A DNA stretch of 64,000 nucleotides from Octopus vulgaris. Lineage: Eukaryota. Shown here in pieces: positions 12,586-25,094 of the stretch. A program made the translations under genes and the position numbers. Each line of letters starts with the position of its first letter. The stretch's first letter is position 1. The notes under the pieces are model-generated. The model saw only the letters and a program-made list of their open reading frames with translations. It was not told the DNA's origin and ran no database searches. The stretch covers positions 39,742,001 to 39,806,000 of the forward strand of contig OX597821.1 in the NCBI GenBank assembly GCA_951406725.2, written 5' to 3'.

Positions 12586-15439
12586 CAATATAGACATTGT
12601 CTTCTAATAGTTGAAGACAAATCCATGCACGATTGAAAGGTCAACTTCTTCAATAACTTCTGTTACTTTGCTTTCTCCTCGCTGGTTTATTTTCTGTTTG
12701 GCTGACTGCATTAGATATCAACAGCAAAGTCAAAACTAGGTTATTTCCCTTCGCAAGCATAACATCCAAATTATGACAAAAAAATATAGATAACAACCCT
12801 AAAGAATGTTATTAATAAATCAATATTTTACAATCATTTCGTAATGTCTTCAATAATAAAGCATTTGAAAGATTTTGGACCTCAGATTTCTTCTGGAAGA
12901 AGCAATGGAAAAGATTCAGCAAAATCTATGGGGGTTATATTTCATATCAAATAAAAAATCATTATGATCAGTCAAAATTATAGGTTATCAGATAAATGAT
13001 AAATATTTAAAGTAAAAATAAGTAGTGTTACAAATGAAACGTACTATGCTATAAGATGGAGTTAATTATGGTAATTTGATATTTGTAATGATATATTTAA
13101 AGATAGTTAACTGTTTAGTTACAAACCCTTGGTTATTTTGGAAAAACCATAATTACAATAATTGAGATGTGTTTTTTTAAATGAAATAATCTCTGTTGAT
13201 ACTGTGTTTCTATGGGATGGTTTTTCTAGTTCTTTAGTTTGTTGGAACTATTGCTTTTTCTAGTCCTACTGATGTACCACCACCACCACCACCACCACCA
13301 CAGGGAAGTGAATAGAACTGGTAATAGGTAAATTTGTATGGTTGAGAAGCTGGTGTGTAGTGATGAAGAAGAAAGATTTATCATTGCAGTTCAAGGTCTT
13401 TCATCGTGTCTTGGATGTCTGAATTGTAACATTTCTCTTGTTTCCAACTACAAATTACCAAATTCTACTCTGAGAACTTTATCTTTTTATTGAGTTTACT
13501 GACTTTAGATAAACATCTTAAAACCTCTGAGTTTTCAAACTTATGGATTTTACTGAAAATAAATATTTTTAATTTAAAAAAACACAATTGTTATCTCAAT
13601 TTCAAACTCTACAATGTTTTAACAACTTTGGAAGGGTATTAGGGCTCGGGTAAACAGATATTTTCTTTAATTCCTTTAAGGGTTAATTTAGAATTTCCAA
13701 AGACAATATTTTCGTGTCTAATGTACAAATTTGTTGATCCCTATTCAGTATGTTTAACAATAGAAATCTAAGAGAACCTGTGATGGTAGTGTGTATCTTT
13801 TACAGTCTTGTAGAAGAGCAGTTTGTCAAAGACGGAGTCCGTACATGGTTACTTTCTGTGGTTTGACTTCAAATTCCACCAAGGTCAGCTTTATGGTTCA
13901 TCCTTTTGGGGTGGATAAAAATGTACCAATCCAAGAGAACAGGTTACCAGAACCGTAAAAACAGTGGAAAATACATCTTGCAGTATCTGTTCTGGTTCTT
14001 TGCATTTTGTGTTCGAATCTCAACATGGCCTACTTTGATAGAAGACTTAATCCATGGGGCACTTTAACACCACCACCACCACCACCACCACTACTTCTAC
14101 TACCACCACCTGCCCTTGAGAATCTTTGATAGAGTTCAGTCCTTTGTAGGGATTCAGAAAAAATGCCTGGTTAGAGGTTAAATTCCTAGTCTTCATGACT
14201 CTAAAACAACTGTGATTGCTTCCTTTCATTCGCTGACTCAGTCATTAAAAAGAAAAGAAAAAAACAAAAACAAATTAAAACCATGTAATTATAAAAATAA
14301 CAGAATATAAAATGGTTTCTTCTGAAATTTATGTTGCAAATAATTTCCTCTTTTAGAGTTAACTTGACTTGGTAACTAACCAATATTACAAAAGCTTCAA
14401 AAAGAATATCCATCAGAAATTCAATTTCTGAAAATGTTACAAAAGATTACAATACTTATGTCTCAGCATTAGAATTCCTTGTTCTTAGGAAACCATTTTT
14501 GCTTTTTTATTTTTTTGGTGAAAATTCTTTAGATTTTTCTGTCATACAATTATGTATTTTCATTCTTAAATTTTTTTTTAATGTTCAATAAAAATTAAAT
14601 ACATCAAAAATAGTCAATCCTATTTTGTAATTTACAAATAGTTCATATTTATTTGTGTTGTCTAATATTATTCCCATCCTCCACCCTTTTCTTCTCCTCC
14701 CCTCTCTCTCTGCTTTCCTTCAGTCTACCACACATTATAAGAAGCGACACATTCTTCAATTTTATGACTAGTCATTTCATGCAATATTTATATTTTCTTT
14801 TACCTTTAGAAAGCATTCAATGCCAGTTAATGATGGTAATATAGGTTTACTGCACAACTTGACATTAAAAGTCCATTAAAAACAATTTATTACAAGTCAT
14901 ATTTATGATTTGCGTTCATGTCACTTAAAATATTTTCTTCAAAATATGTTCTGTTGCTGTTAGTATTCATTCACTTTAATTTGGTTTAAAAACCATGTTA
15001 TGAGCAGCATATGCCAAAACAGAGAATTATTAACTTAAGACTGACCTAAATTTTATATCACCTACCAGCATCCCTGCTCTCTTTCATTTACACTTTTTAA
15101 TGGCAGCAGGGGTTAGATGGGGACTTATCTGAGGCAGTATTTTTCAGCTTGATACCCTCACATGGTGTCAAACCTTCTTTCTCTCCACATAAGAAATGTA
15201 TTTGTTACACTGGTCTTTGAAAGTGACAGGACATATTCTTAACAAGGATTATAAACATAATCCCACCGTTTTGTTCAGGTAATTACAAGACTGTAAATAT
15301 TTACACACGTACATTACATAGATGTAGCACATACACACGTGTATATTGTGTGTGTATGTACACACACACATTCATACATGCAAACATACATGCATACATA
15401 CACACATTCATACATGTAAACTTGCATACATACATATAA

Positions 15440-15830
15440 ACATGTTTTGGCTTTACCCTCGTTATCAAGTATGGCCATTGCACGGGGCTTAACTGTTATT
15501 GGTGCTGTTATCGAATGTGACTTTTTAGCCCAGCTAAAGATCTACAATGTCTCGGACAGAATTGGTCGCTAAAACATTTACTGGCAATAGCCGGCTGTAA
15601 TTGTAACTGGGCTTCATGTACCTTTGCGCATCGTTTAAGTCCTCCCTCCGAATCACACACCCTTCCACATGCCTGACAGATATGATTAGTATAGTGTGTA
15701 ACACCACCACCAGTGGCCTGGTAGTCAGCCATCGGTCTTGCTTTATGTCTACGAAGATGACTCTTGAGTCCAGCTTTACTGAGGCAGGGTCTTGCACAGA
15801 CACTGTAGGTCAACATCAAAGGAAGACCCT
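15440..15830 (-). mobile_element. RTE-clade LINE 3' end with C-terminal C2H2 zinc fingers
   Basis: CARPCLSKAGLKSHLRRH, CQACGRVCDSEGGLKR, FCPRHCRSLAGLKSHIR, then a short 3' UTR and a microsatellite tail. Confidence 0.7.
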
Positions 15831-16392
15831 TTTATACATACATACATACATAGACATATGTACGTATATATGTGTATATGAATCAGAGAAGAAATTTAAG
15901 ATGTGGAAGCAAGGTCAGGAATCAAAGGGCCTTAGAGTTAATTTAGCAGAAACTCAAATCCAAGTAAGAAAACAAACAAATCACTGATCCCTTCAGGGAG
16001 ATGACCCTGCACACTATGTAGAAAAGGTGCTGATAGAAACTCCATCGGGTGTATCCAGTGCAAGTTATGGACACATAAAAGGTTGAGTGATATCACAGGA
16101 AGGTCAACAGAGAAAGTAGTGTTTGTGTGAAGCAGATGTTCAAGTACAGTAAACACCAGAAATGTACAGAAAATGGACTCCCTCAAATGTCTTGTGGGAA
16201 CCTTAGAAGCAGTAGACTGTTTCTGTTTATTAGGCAACCAACTTAGCAGTGGTAGAGGTAATTCTGAAAGCATAGTTGCAAGAATAAGAATAGGCTAGGC
16301 AAAGTTCAGAGAGCTTTTACCTTTGTCAGTAACAAAGCACTTCTCTCTCAGAGCAAAAGGCAGAGTGTATGATACTTGTGTGTGAACAGTTA

Positions 16393-16622
16393 TGGTGAGC
16401 TGGCAGAGACGTTGGCATGCTGGGGGAAATGCTTAGCAGTGTTTTGTCTGTCTTTGTGTTCTGAGTTCAAGTTCCAGCGAGGTTGACTTTGCCTTTCATC
16501 CTTTTGGGGTCGATTAAATAAGTGCCAGTTGCGCACTGGGGTCGATGTAATCAACTTGATCCGTTTGTCTGTCCTTGTTCATACCCTCTGTGTTTAGCCC
16601 CTTGCTGGTAGTAGAGAAATAA
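16393..16622 (+). mobile_element. tRNA-derived SINE family B
   Basis: ggtgagctggcagag...gagttcaagttcc...tttagcccc; homologous to 35117-35342 and 56985-57177. Confidence 0.85.
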
Positions 16623-16784
16623 GTTTTGCTTCATAGCAGTAAAACATGTGCTGTGACTGCAGAGGGCATGCAAAAGCTTGAAAGAAATGAAGCCAGCATG
16701 TTCCCCTGGATGGGTAATGTCAGTGTGCATGTGAAACAGAGTGTAGGTAATTTGAGTGAAAAATTGGGTATACAAGGCATCAGA

Positions 16785-17165
16785 TCATCATCATCATCAT
16801 TTAACGTCCGTTTTCCATGCTAGCATGGGTTGGACGGTTCGACCGGAGTCTGGAAAGCCAGGAGGCTGCACCAGGCTCCAGTCTGATCTGGAGTGTTTCT
16901 ACAGCTGGATGCCCTTCCTAACACCAACCACTCCGTGAGTGTAGTGGGTGCTTTAAATGTGCCACCGGCACAAGTGCCAGGGGAGGCTGGCAGCGGTCAT
17001 GATCGGTTGGTGCTTTTTACATGCCACCGGCAAAGAAGCCAGTCAAGGTGGCACTGGCATCGACCATGTATGGATGGTGCTTTTTACATTCCACTGGCAC
17101 AGTCACCAGGGGAGGCTGTCAATGGCCACGATCAGTTGATGGTTTTTACGTGCCACCAACACGGA
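16785..17165 (-). mobile_element. RTE 3' UTR copy with (CAT)n tail
   Basis: catcatttaacgtccgttttccatgctagcatggg... with internal ~60-bp repeats. Confidence 0.8.
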
Positions 17166-17624
17166 CGTGCTGTGCAAGAGAAAAGACTCTGCTGGTGTAG
17201 TGAGGTGATGTGTATGGTTGACGACAGCTGTGTTAAGAGGTGCCAATCTTTAATTGTGGAGAGAGCATGTGGAAAGAGTATACTGAAGAAGTGGATTGAA
17301 GTAGTGGGAAAGGACCTTCACACTTTGGGTCTCACAAAGAAGATAACAAGGGGCCAAGACTTCATTTTGACACACAGATCTCAAGCACAGTAAACTGCCT
17401 GAAGTCTTACCAACCTGTGTCTTTGTACTTACCTCCCTCCCCACTGCTTGACAACCAGTATTGGTTTGCTTGCATCCCTAATTTACCAGTTCAGTACCAG
17501 TGACAAATGGAATAAGTGCTCGACTTAATATAAAAGTACAGGTGTCAAATTGTTCAACTGAATGCTTGCTCCAGCATGGGCAAGTGCAATCCAATCACCA
17601 AAAGAAGTAAAAGAATAAATGAAT

Positions 17625-18950
17625 CAAATATTGACGGTTCTTTGGTTGATATTTGCTTCTCTGAAAATGAGGAACTTTGTATTTACGTGTGGAATCTGTA
17701 TCTGCTGAAATTTATTTCAAGGATTATAGAAATCTGGCACTGAATTTGTCTTCATCATTTGAAAACTAATCTGTATTAATAGTTTAGTAAGAGTCTATAA
17801 TGATAAGTAACGTAATGAATATAGGAAAAAGTAGGAAAATTGAAATACAGATTCAGAGAATGTAGTTTGGTGATTATTTTACAATATAGAATATTTGCAT
17901 AATTCTTATGTCTTCACTGAGCCTTATTTATGGAAGAATACTGAAAGGAGTCAATGCCTAAACTTAATTTATTAATGTCTTTCCTCTGGGCATAGGAGTG
18001 GCTGTGTGGTAAGTAGCTTACTTACCAACCACATGGTTCCGGGTTCAGTCCCACTGCGTGGCACCTTGGGCAAGTGTCTTCTACTATAGCCTCTGACCGA
18101 CCAAAGCCTTGTGAGTGGATTTGGTAGATGGAAACTGAAAGAAGCCCGTTGTATATATGTATGTATATATATATATATGTATGTGTGTGTATATGTTTGT
18201 GTGTCTGTGTTTGTCCCCCCAACATCGCTTGTGTCTATGTTTACGTCCCCGTAACTTAGCGGTTTGGCAAAAGAGACCGATAGAATAAGTACTAGGCTTA
18301 CAAAGAATAAGTCCTGGGGTTGATTTGCTCGACTAAAGGCAGTGCTCCAGCATGGCCACAGTCAAATGACTGAAACAAATAAAAGAGTAAAAGAGTATAG
18401 AATATTTGCAAAATTCTTATGTATCAACTGAGCCTTATTTATGGAAGAATACTGAAAGGAGCGAATGCCTGAAATTAATTTATTAATGTCTTTCCTCTAA
18501 CATTTATACACTTCTGTGTTTAAATATGGGGTGTATTTGTACAGCAACACTGAATGTATCTTTATCAAACGTATCTATAAGAAGCTGTTCATTTCTAATA
18601 TGTTTGTGTGATTGTGCCAATACTGTGGTTTGTAGAACTAGGCCAAGCTATAAACATTTGTTGATATATTCTTTGGATTGATTTCTGGTTTCAGGGAGAC
18701 ATAAAAGCTGCCAAATGAAGATAATTAATTCATAAACACCTGTTTGTAGTTTAAACATTACAATTATTGCCACAGATTTAAGCTTACATATTTTAGTGTA
18801 TGTGCTTGACAGTGAAAATGAAGAAAATGGTAAGATACAAGTATATTTCATGATTGGGTAGAAAAGACATTCAAATCCAAAACATTTGTAACTACAAGCG
18901 AGAAAAGTTCTTGGTTTACCAAAGCAATTTCTCTCCAACCGGCATCAAAA
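17625..18950 (-). pseudogene. Decayed L fragment (methyltransferase domain) split by a SINE
   Basis: ORF 18648-18938 has FKLQTGVYELI (cf. VSV QLPTGAHYKI), followed by a frameshifted ggcctagttct (GHGS-like) and LLIDTF. Confidence 0.55.
17988..18395 (+). mobile_element. Full-length SINE family A flanked by a 103-bp direct duplication
   Basis: tRNA-like head (tggctgtgtggtaag / ggttcagtccc), internal (TA/TG)n, taaaagag tail; 17885-17987 is repeated at 18396-18498. Confidence 0.92.
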
Positions 18951-19349
18951 ATAGATACAAAAATGCAAATAATGTATGAGTATATATTTTTTAATAATAT
19001 ATTATTAATATTAGGAAATCAATATCAAAACTCCTCAGAAATATATACACGTGTGAAAAATAATTGTATTAAAATATATAAATAAATATAAATATGTATA
19101 AAAAAATATACGTAAATTTGTATAAGTATAAATCTATAATGTATATGACAATTTAAAAGTTTTGAATTAATTATTTAAAGCATCTTGGTGGTGTGGTTAG
19201 AAATTTTGGTTCACAAGAATGTGGTTTTAGATTTGATGCCATCATACTGCATCTTCTACAAACAACTGTGACCAAAATGCATTTCACCATGACACACACA
19301 AGGAATCTCTCTTACCATTAGCCTTGGTATACATACATGCACCCATATA

Positions 19350-20560
19350 TACATTCATTTTTACACCACTTGGTCATTGCAATGAAATCAAGATCTACTT
19401 CTCTTCTACGAAAATACCCCAACATGACCCTTCTATTAGCTGTAGGAAATGGCTAAAGCAGTACTGAGACAAAGTTCACCCAAACTTAATCTATTTTACA
19501 AGAAAACCACTTTGGCAGCAAGCATCTTTGCGAAAATAGAACTGACTTCTATTTAAGTAGTAATTGTTGCTCAAACTCTCATGATGCCAATTAATCTTCT
19601 CAAAACACTGAGAACCAGCCAAAACCTGCCTCAAGAGAAATCAAAAATAATATAAACAAACTGTTGCTACCATCACTAAACTCCAACGCATCTCCACATA
19701 AAACTGATTTGACTGAGACCATATTCAGTTGAAGAACTCTCTGAAATCACAGTTTATAAAAGATTTTTCCAGTTTCTCTCAGTTGTTTTCATGAAAATAC
19801 AAAGTGACCAATGACCTGTGGCTGCTTGTACACCTATGTTGTGGTGAAGTAGGATGTGTTTAGTCTTGATGACCATCACTGTATGGTCCAGCTGGATGTG
19901 TGAATAATAAATGAAGCAACTCGTGAGCATTTAGCATTATTGCGGGATGTGATTTACTGTGTTGGCTGTTTACAAAACAAAGATACTGATAACATAACTG
20001 CCAAATGGGAGGAGAGTACCTTGCTGTATCTGTAGAAGTGTGAGTGTCTGAGGTCATTTCTTGCTCGATGTGGTCTATCCAAGTGTCTGAGGTGGTCTGG
20101 TCTTAGCGATCTACTTTCCATGGGTGTCCAACATGGTCTGCATGAATGTGCAAGACTATCTGCCCAAATACCCCGAGACCGTTTTGCTGAGTAAAGTACA
20201 AACAGGTTCTATAGGTTGAAAAGCTGGTACAAATTTTATCCCATCCAAGAAGCCATATCACACCACAGCCTCAAACAGATTGATTGATTTATAGACCAAT
20301 CACGAGAAACTGTGGTGACTCTCTCTCTCTAACTGAATATCTGGCAGTTGAGGTTCAATCCCTATACTGTACTTGAATAACAGGCCATTCTTTAACAAAT
20401 TAAAGAAAAATCCAACAGCCCTCATGTTGAAAGTTATCGAGGATGGACTCATGTGATGTTAGTTACTGGACAATTAATATCTTCATATACATAACTGCTA
20501 TTACATGGCAAGTAGTTTAGAACAGTCGTAACATTAATTTGTAAATATACAAATTTGTAA
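19350..20560 (+). pseudogene. Possible decayed L MTase fragment interrupted by a solo LTR
   Basis: KSRSTSLLRKYPNMTLLLAVGNG*SST, then KKNPTALMLKV...LHIHNCYYMASSLE. Confidence 0.4.
19817..20346 (+). mobile_element. Probable solo LTR
   Basis: TG...CA ends, internal aataaa, homologous to 11964-12585; no clean TSD. Confidence 0.6.
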
Positions 20561-20789
20561 AATATCATCTAACTTAAATTGTTTTGGTAAAACAAGTTTA
20601 AACAGGACACAACGAAAATTTTCGGACAATAAAAATAAGAAAAAAGTGGAAATTTTACCGGTGAGTGTGTTACATTATAAGGCACAAAAAGAAAATGACT
20701 CTCCCCAGACACAACAGAATATGCTTCAACACACGAACTCATATAAAGAATCTTGCAAACCAAATCCAAAAACGAAACATTCTTTTAAT

Positions 20790-21146
20790 CTTTTATTCTT
20801 TTACTTGCTTCAGTCATTAGACCATGACCCTGCTGGGGCACTGCCTTCAAGAATTTTAGTCAGAAGAATCGGCCCCTGTGCTTACTTTTTTTGCCTAGTG
20901 CATATTCTGTCTGACTCTTTTTATTGAACTACTGTGTAACAGGGACATAAACACACCAACGCCGGTTGTCAAGTGGTGCTGGAGTACAAACACATACACA
21001 CACACCTTTATATATAAGATGGGTTTCTTTCAGTTTCTGTCCACCATATCTAATCAGAAGACTTTGGCTGGCCCAAGGCTATAGAAGATGCTTGTGCAAG
21101 GTGCCATGCAGTGGGACTGAACCTGGAATCATGTGGTTGGGAAGCA
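20790..21146 (-). mobile_element. SINE family A
   Basis: Reverse-complement homology to 17988-18395. Confidence 0.8.
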
Positions 21147-21527
21147 AACAAAGATCTTTGGAAACAGAACATGACTGATTACAATGTCAACAAGAAATAT
21201 CAAGCTCAGCACCATTTCTCTTATGACGTGTTATGTGGTCAATACAGATGAATATATATTGACATTCAGAAGAGCATCCCATTGAAGAGACCCTGCCAAG
21301 GTAGGCAGCAAAGTTTGGTATACTTCTCAGGCTCAACAGCTCCTCTCAACCCATCCAACCCATCCATGTCCATATATGGAACATGAAAATAAATAACAAT
21401 TGGGAATTCTACATTTTTCATGGTTCCAACAGATCCAACGAACCAAATATAGTCAGACTGACATGAAGGACTTTCCCATTTACAACACATGCAGAGCAAA
21501 TCGTTTTTATACAACTGCAAAACATTG

Positions 21528-21722
21528 ACATCATCATCATCATCATCGTCGTCGTCGTTTAACGTCCGTTTTTCGTGCTAGCATGGGTTGGATGGTTCTG
21601 GGAAGCCAGGAGGCTGCACCAGGCTCCAATCTGATCTGGCAGTGTTTCTACAGCTGGATGCCCTTCCTAATGCCAACCTCTCCGTGAGTGTAGTGGGTGC
21701 TTTTTACATGCCACCGGCACAA
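21528..21722 (-). mobile_element. RTE 3' UTR copy
   Basis: (CAT)n then gtttaacgtccgtttttcgtgctagcatggg. Confidence 0.8.
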
Positions 21723-21959
21723 ATGTGCTTTATGGACAGAGAAAGAGAAAAACTCCCAATTTCTTTTATGCATTTACCATTTACCATTTATAGAACATGA
21801 ATGTAAAATGACAACGATGATGATTCCTGTGCACACACTCACAAACTCATATGCATATACACACATGTCTGTGAGTATGTTTTAGGACTGAACCCAAAGC
21901 TACATGGTTACAAAGCAAACTTCTTGACCACACAGCCACCATGTCTGTGCCTATACATG

Positions 21960-22740
21960 TGCATAGATATAGAGCAAAGTGTTTGAATTTCCTTAAACAT
22001 TAATTTCTTTATTGGTATCAAAAGCCTTCAAAGGTTTACAGCCATGCTCCAGCAACCTGCTTAGAAATATGCAAACCTCACTGACCACTTGGGTAGTATT
22101 TTGTGATCTAACAGAGCGATAGGCTCAGCTACATCTCTCCATTAATTCTTACCTACTTGTAAAGAACCACGATTATAGATTAACGGTAAACTCACCAGCA
22201 GTATCTGATCAAACTTTAATTAACACCTTCGAAAGTGAAAAACACTAAAATATCATCTACAGAGGAAGATTTAGATGTTTATGTAGATCAAAATAACAAT
22301 TGGGAAATCTACATTTTTCATGGTTCCAACAGATCAAACGAACCAAATATAGTCGGACTGATATGAAGGACTTTCCCATTTACAACACATGCAGAGCAAA
22401 TCGTTTCTATACAACTGCAAAACATTGCCATGAATATGCATTTACCAGTTAATTTTTTTTTCTCTGATCAAAGATATTGAAAGCGTTGCTGAAGTTCAAA
22501 GTGGAGCAACACAATGTTTCCACATTGTAGAAAACTTTATCAAACTGAGCAAGTCCAATGCACAACATTTGCATTAAGGACGTAAAGGTTTAACATTCTT
22601 AGTTACACAAGTGGCCATGGTTCCTCTTCTATAAATTTAGTGATTCTCACCAACACAAGAAACTGGTGTACATAGTTTCACATTAATCGTTATGTCCATC
22701 ATCATCATTGTTATAATTCATTTTCCCTGCAGGTATTCTA
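21960..22740 (+). pseudogene. Decayed L fragment (connector to MTase)
   Basis: RTFPFTTHAEQIVSIQLQNIAMNMHLPVNFFSLIKDI aligns with RFPLNCPSVIRNIILKQMSMHHFSLIKEM of the 10.6-kb copy; VQSGATQ; ILSYTSGHGSSSI (22613-22624). Confidence 0.65.
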
Positions 22741-24106
22741 TATATAATAATAATAATAATAAGAATAATAAGAATAAATAATAATAATAAGAAGAAGAAT
22801 AAATAATAATAATAAATATATAATAATAATAAGAAGAATAATAATAATAATAATAATAAATATAAATTATATATGTGTGTATTTATATATGTATATGTGT
22901 GCATGTGTGTGAATGGATGTGTGTGTGTCTGTATTTGTGTGTGTCTGTATTTGTGTGTGTGCGGTCTAGTGAAATTTGCTTCCCAACCATATGGTTTTGG
23001 GTTCAGTCCCACAGTGTGCCTCCTTGGTCAAGTCTCTTCTATTGTAGTCCCAGACCAACCAAAGTATTGCAGGTGGATTTAGTGGACAGAAATTGAATGA
23101 AGCCTCTCCTCTGTATACCAGCATCATCATTGTTTTGACACTCACTTCTCATGATTGTATGGGTCAGATGTAATTTGTGGAAGCAGATTTTTCTTCAGCT
23201 GGATTACCTTCTTGTTGCCAGTATTCACCTGTTTCTAAGTAAGGTAATATTTCTCTACAACCAGACATATTTTCATGGAATAAAAGACACATTCATTTAC
23301 AGCGATCACATGAAGCCAAGCCAAAGGGACAGTTACACACACACACTATTTGGCCATAGGGGATTCCCTGCTAGGTCAATATGAAGAATGCTTACAGCCA
23401 TTGAAATGAGAGGAAAAGAGTGAAGGATGATTGTGCTCAGGTTGGGAGATGCAACAGAAAGAGCCGCTTGCTAGTTATGAAGCAAGAGAGTGGAGAGTGG
23501 CTAGCATGTGTAATAAAGTCAAAAGACAACATATTTTAAAATATTTCTACTGACTTTATCACACATGCTAGCCACCTGTATGAAAATTTAAAAAGATTTC
23601 CTACCCTTATTATTTTGACTGTAAAATTTTCGGAATTTCCAAGCCTTTCTGGTTCACAGTTTTAATTTTATTATTATTTGCTGCCAAATGTAACTGCGTT
23701 TGCACAGTGGTTTTGAAAATACAATTTATAAGTATGGAGCACATGTATTTTCAGTACATATTAGCCACATAAAAATGCATTAATTTTAGCAACCTCACTG
23801 ATGCTGGTGTCACGTAACTGGCACCTGTGTTGGTAGCATGTAAAAAGCACCTTTTGAGCGTTGGGCTTCAAGAAGGCAAAGTGGCTGATTCCAGTGGCAT
23901 GTGAAAAGCTCCTTTCAGTGTTGGACATCAAGGAAGCAATGACTGACCTTTAGCATTATGTCGTTCTCAGGAAGAAGACCCATCAAACCAAGTAAAATCG
24001 CAGCCATGGCAGATACTGGTGTCACTCAAATGGCACTCATGCTGTTGGCACGTAGAAGCACCCATTACACTCTCGGAGTTTAGATGGTGCTTTTTACATA
24101 TACATG

Positions 24107-24950
24107 TACAAGGTCTGATCAATAAGTATCTGGACTGTTACCATAGTAACGAAGCTAAAGCATGCAGAGTGAAGCTGCTAGATAAAGATTGACCTTAAAC
24201 TCTGCTGTGCATACACATTGTTTTAACATTCTAGCTCAATTCTGCTGTTTACAGCAATGCTTGGAAGGAAGATGTGTAGCATGTGATCATCACATTGACC
24301 ATGACAGAGATAGTTGTCATGGTAATACCTGCTCAAAGGCCCGTGCAAAAGTTGTGGAAAGTGTATGGAAAGGAGTCATGAGTGGCTTAGACGTTTCAAC
24401 AATGGATGTAAAGATGTTGATATTGATGAACGCTCTGGGAGATCCACAACCAGCAGAACTGAGAAAAACACCGCAGATGTTCGTGCAACTGTGAGAGGAA
24501 ATCATCGAATCAGCATCCGTGAGTTATCAGAGGATGTGCAGATTAGTTACAGTTCAGTTCAGTCCTTTATCACTGAAGATTTGTGTATGAGATGTGTATC
24601 TCCCAAGCTGACCAAAAAGACACTCGGGTTTCAGTTGCATAAGATCGCCTTGATTCTATCGAGAACAATGAAAACTTTTTGAAAACTTTGTGTAGGCCTC
24701 TGAGCAGGTATCAGCAAGCTTTTGGCAAAATTTGATGCAGATTCTCTGTCAAGGTCAATGCAGTGACTACACTTTACACACCTTCCTTCAAAGCACTGGT
24801 GTAAACAGCAGAAGTGTGGTGGAACATTAAAACTTAGTGCATATGCACAGCAGTGTTCAAGTTCAATCTTTGCCAAGCAGCTTCACTTTGTGAGCTTTAG
24901 CTCTGTTACTATGGCAACAGTCCAGATATTTATTGGTCAGACCATTTATA
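24107..24950 (+). mobile_element. Internally deleted mariner element with long TIRs
   Basis: caaggtctgatcaataagtatctggactgtt.../...aacagtccagatatttattggtcagacc, TA flanks; internal HTH EWLRRFNNG..DVDIDERSGR..NHRISIRELSE. Confidence 0.9.
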
Positions 24951-25094
24951 TCTTTTAATTTTGTTTATGTTAATGTTAAGGTTATGCAAATAAAGCTCCC
25001 GTTTTATCACACTGGCTACTGTCTAATGATACTAACTAGGGAGTTAATGTTTTGGGGTTGCATCATGGTTATACCGATATAATGTAGGATAAAT

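Larger units (their letters stand above)
9780..15050 (-). pseudogene. Near-full-length decayed Mononegavirales-like L (RdRp, capping, connector, MTase) endogenous viral element
   Basis: Colinear minus-strand motifs: KPILPSLTGIE (GHP region); TEKSK; T*VL*SF; VKLTLKEE (pre-motif A); SQGQ; ILNRDQQICT (motif C, ~13722-13750); SLKLR*QLCFFKLKIFIFSK...RCLSKVSK; SCMDLSSTIRR; KNLGS (GxxT); WLHC (HR, 11673-11678); ITTSSTLEL...DFHFISCYN; YSSSHGSGSI (SAM motif, 10421-10438). Confidence 0.78.
15878..17395 (+). mobile_element. RTE LINE ORF2 C-terminal fragment interrupted by two insertions
   Basis: KKFKMWKQGQESKGLRVNLAET, PCTLCRKG..NSIGCIQCKLWTHKR, ARIRIG*AKFRELLP, KLERNEASM, EKRLCW; homologous to 29340-29950 and 62880-63930. 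Confidence 0.85.

Noticed and set aside
15508-15819. Host C2H2 zinc-finger gene
   Set aside because: No TGEKP linkers, degenerate fingers, and a short UTR plus microsatellite tail typical of an RTE LINE 3' end
16893-17393. 166-aa ORF as a gene
   Set aside because: Chance fusion of an antisense RTE 3' UTR with RTE ORF2 remains
17988-18065. tRNA gene
   Set aside because: A/B boxes without a full cloverleaf; it is the head of a multi-copy SINE
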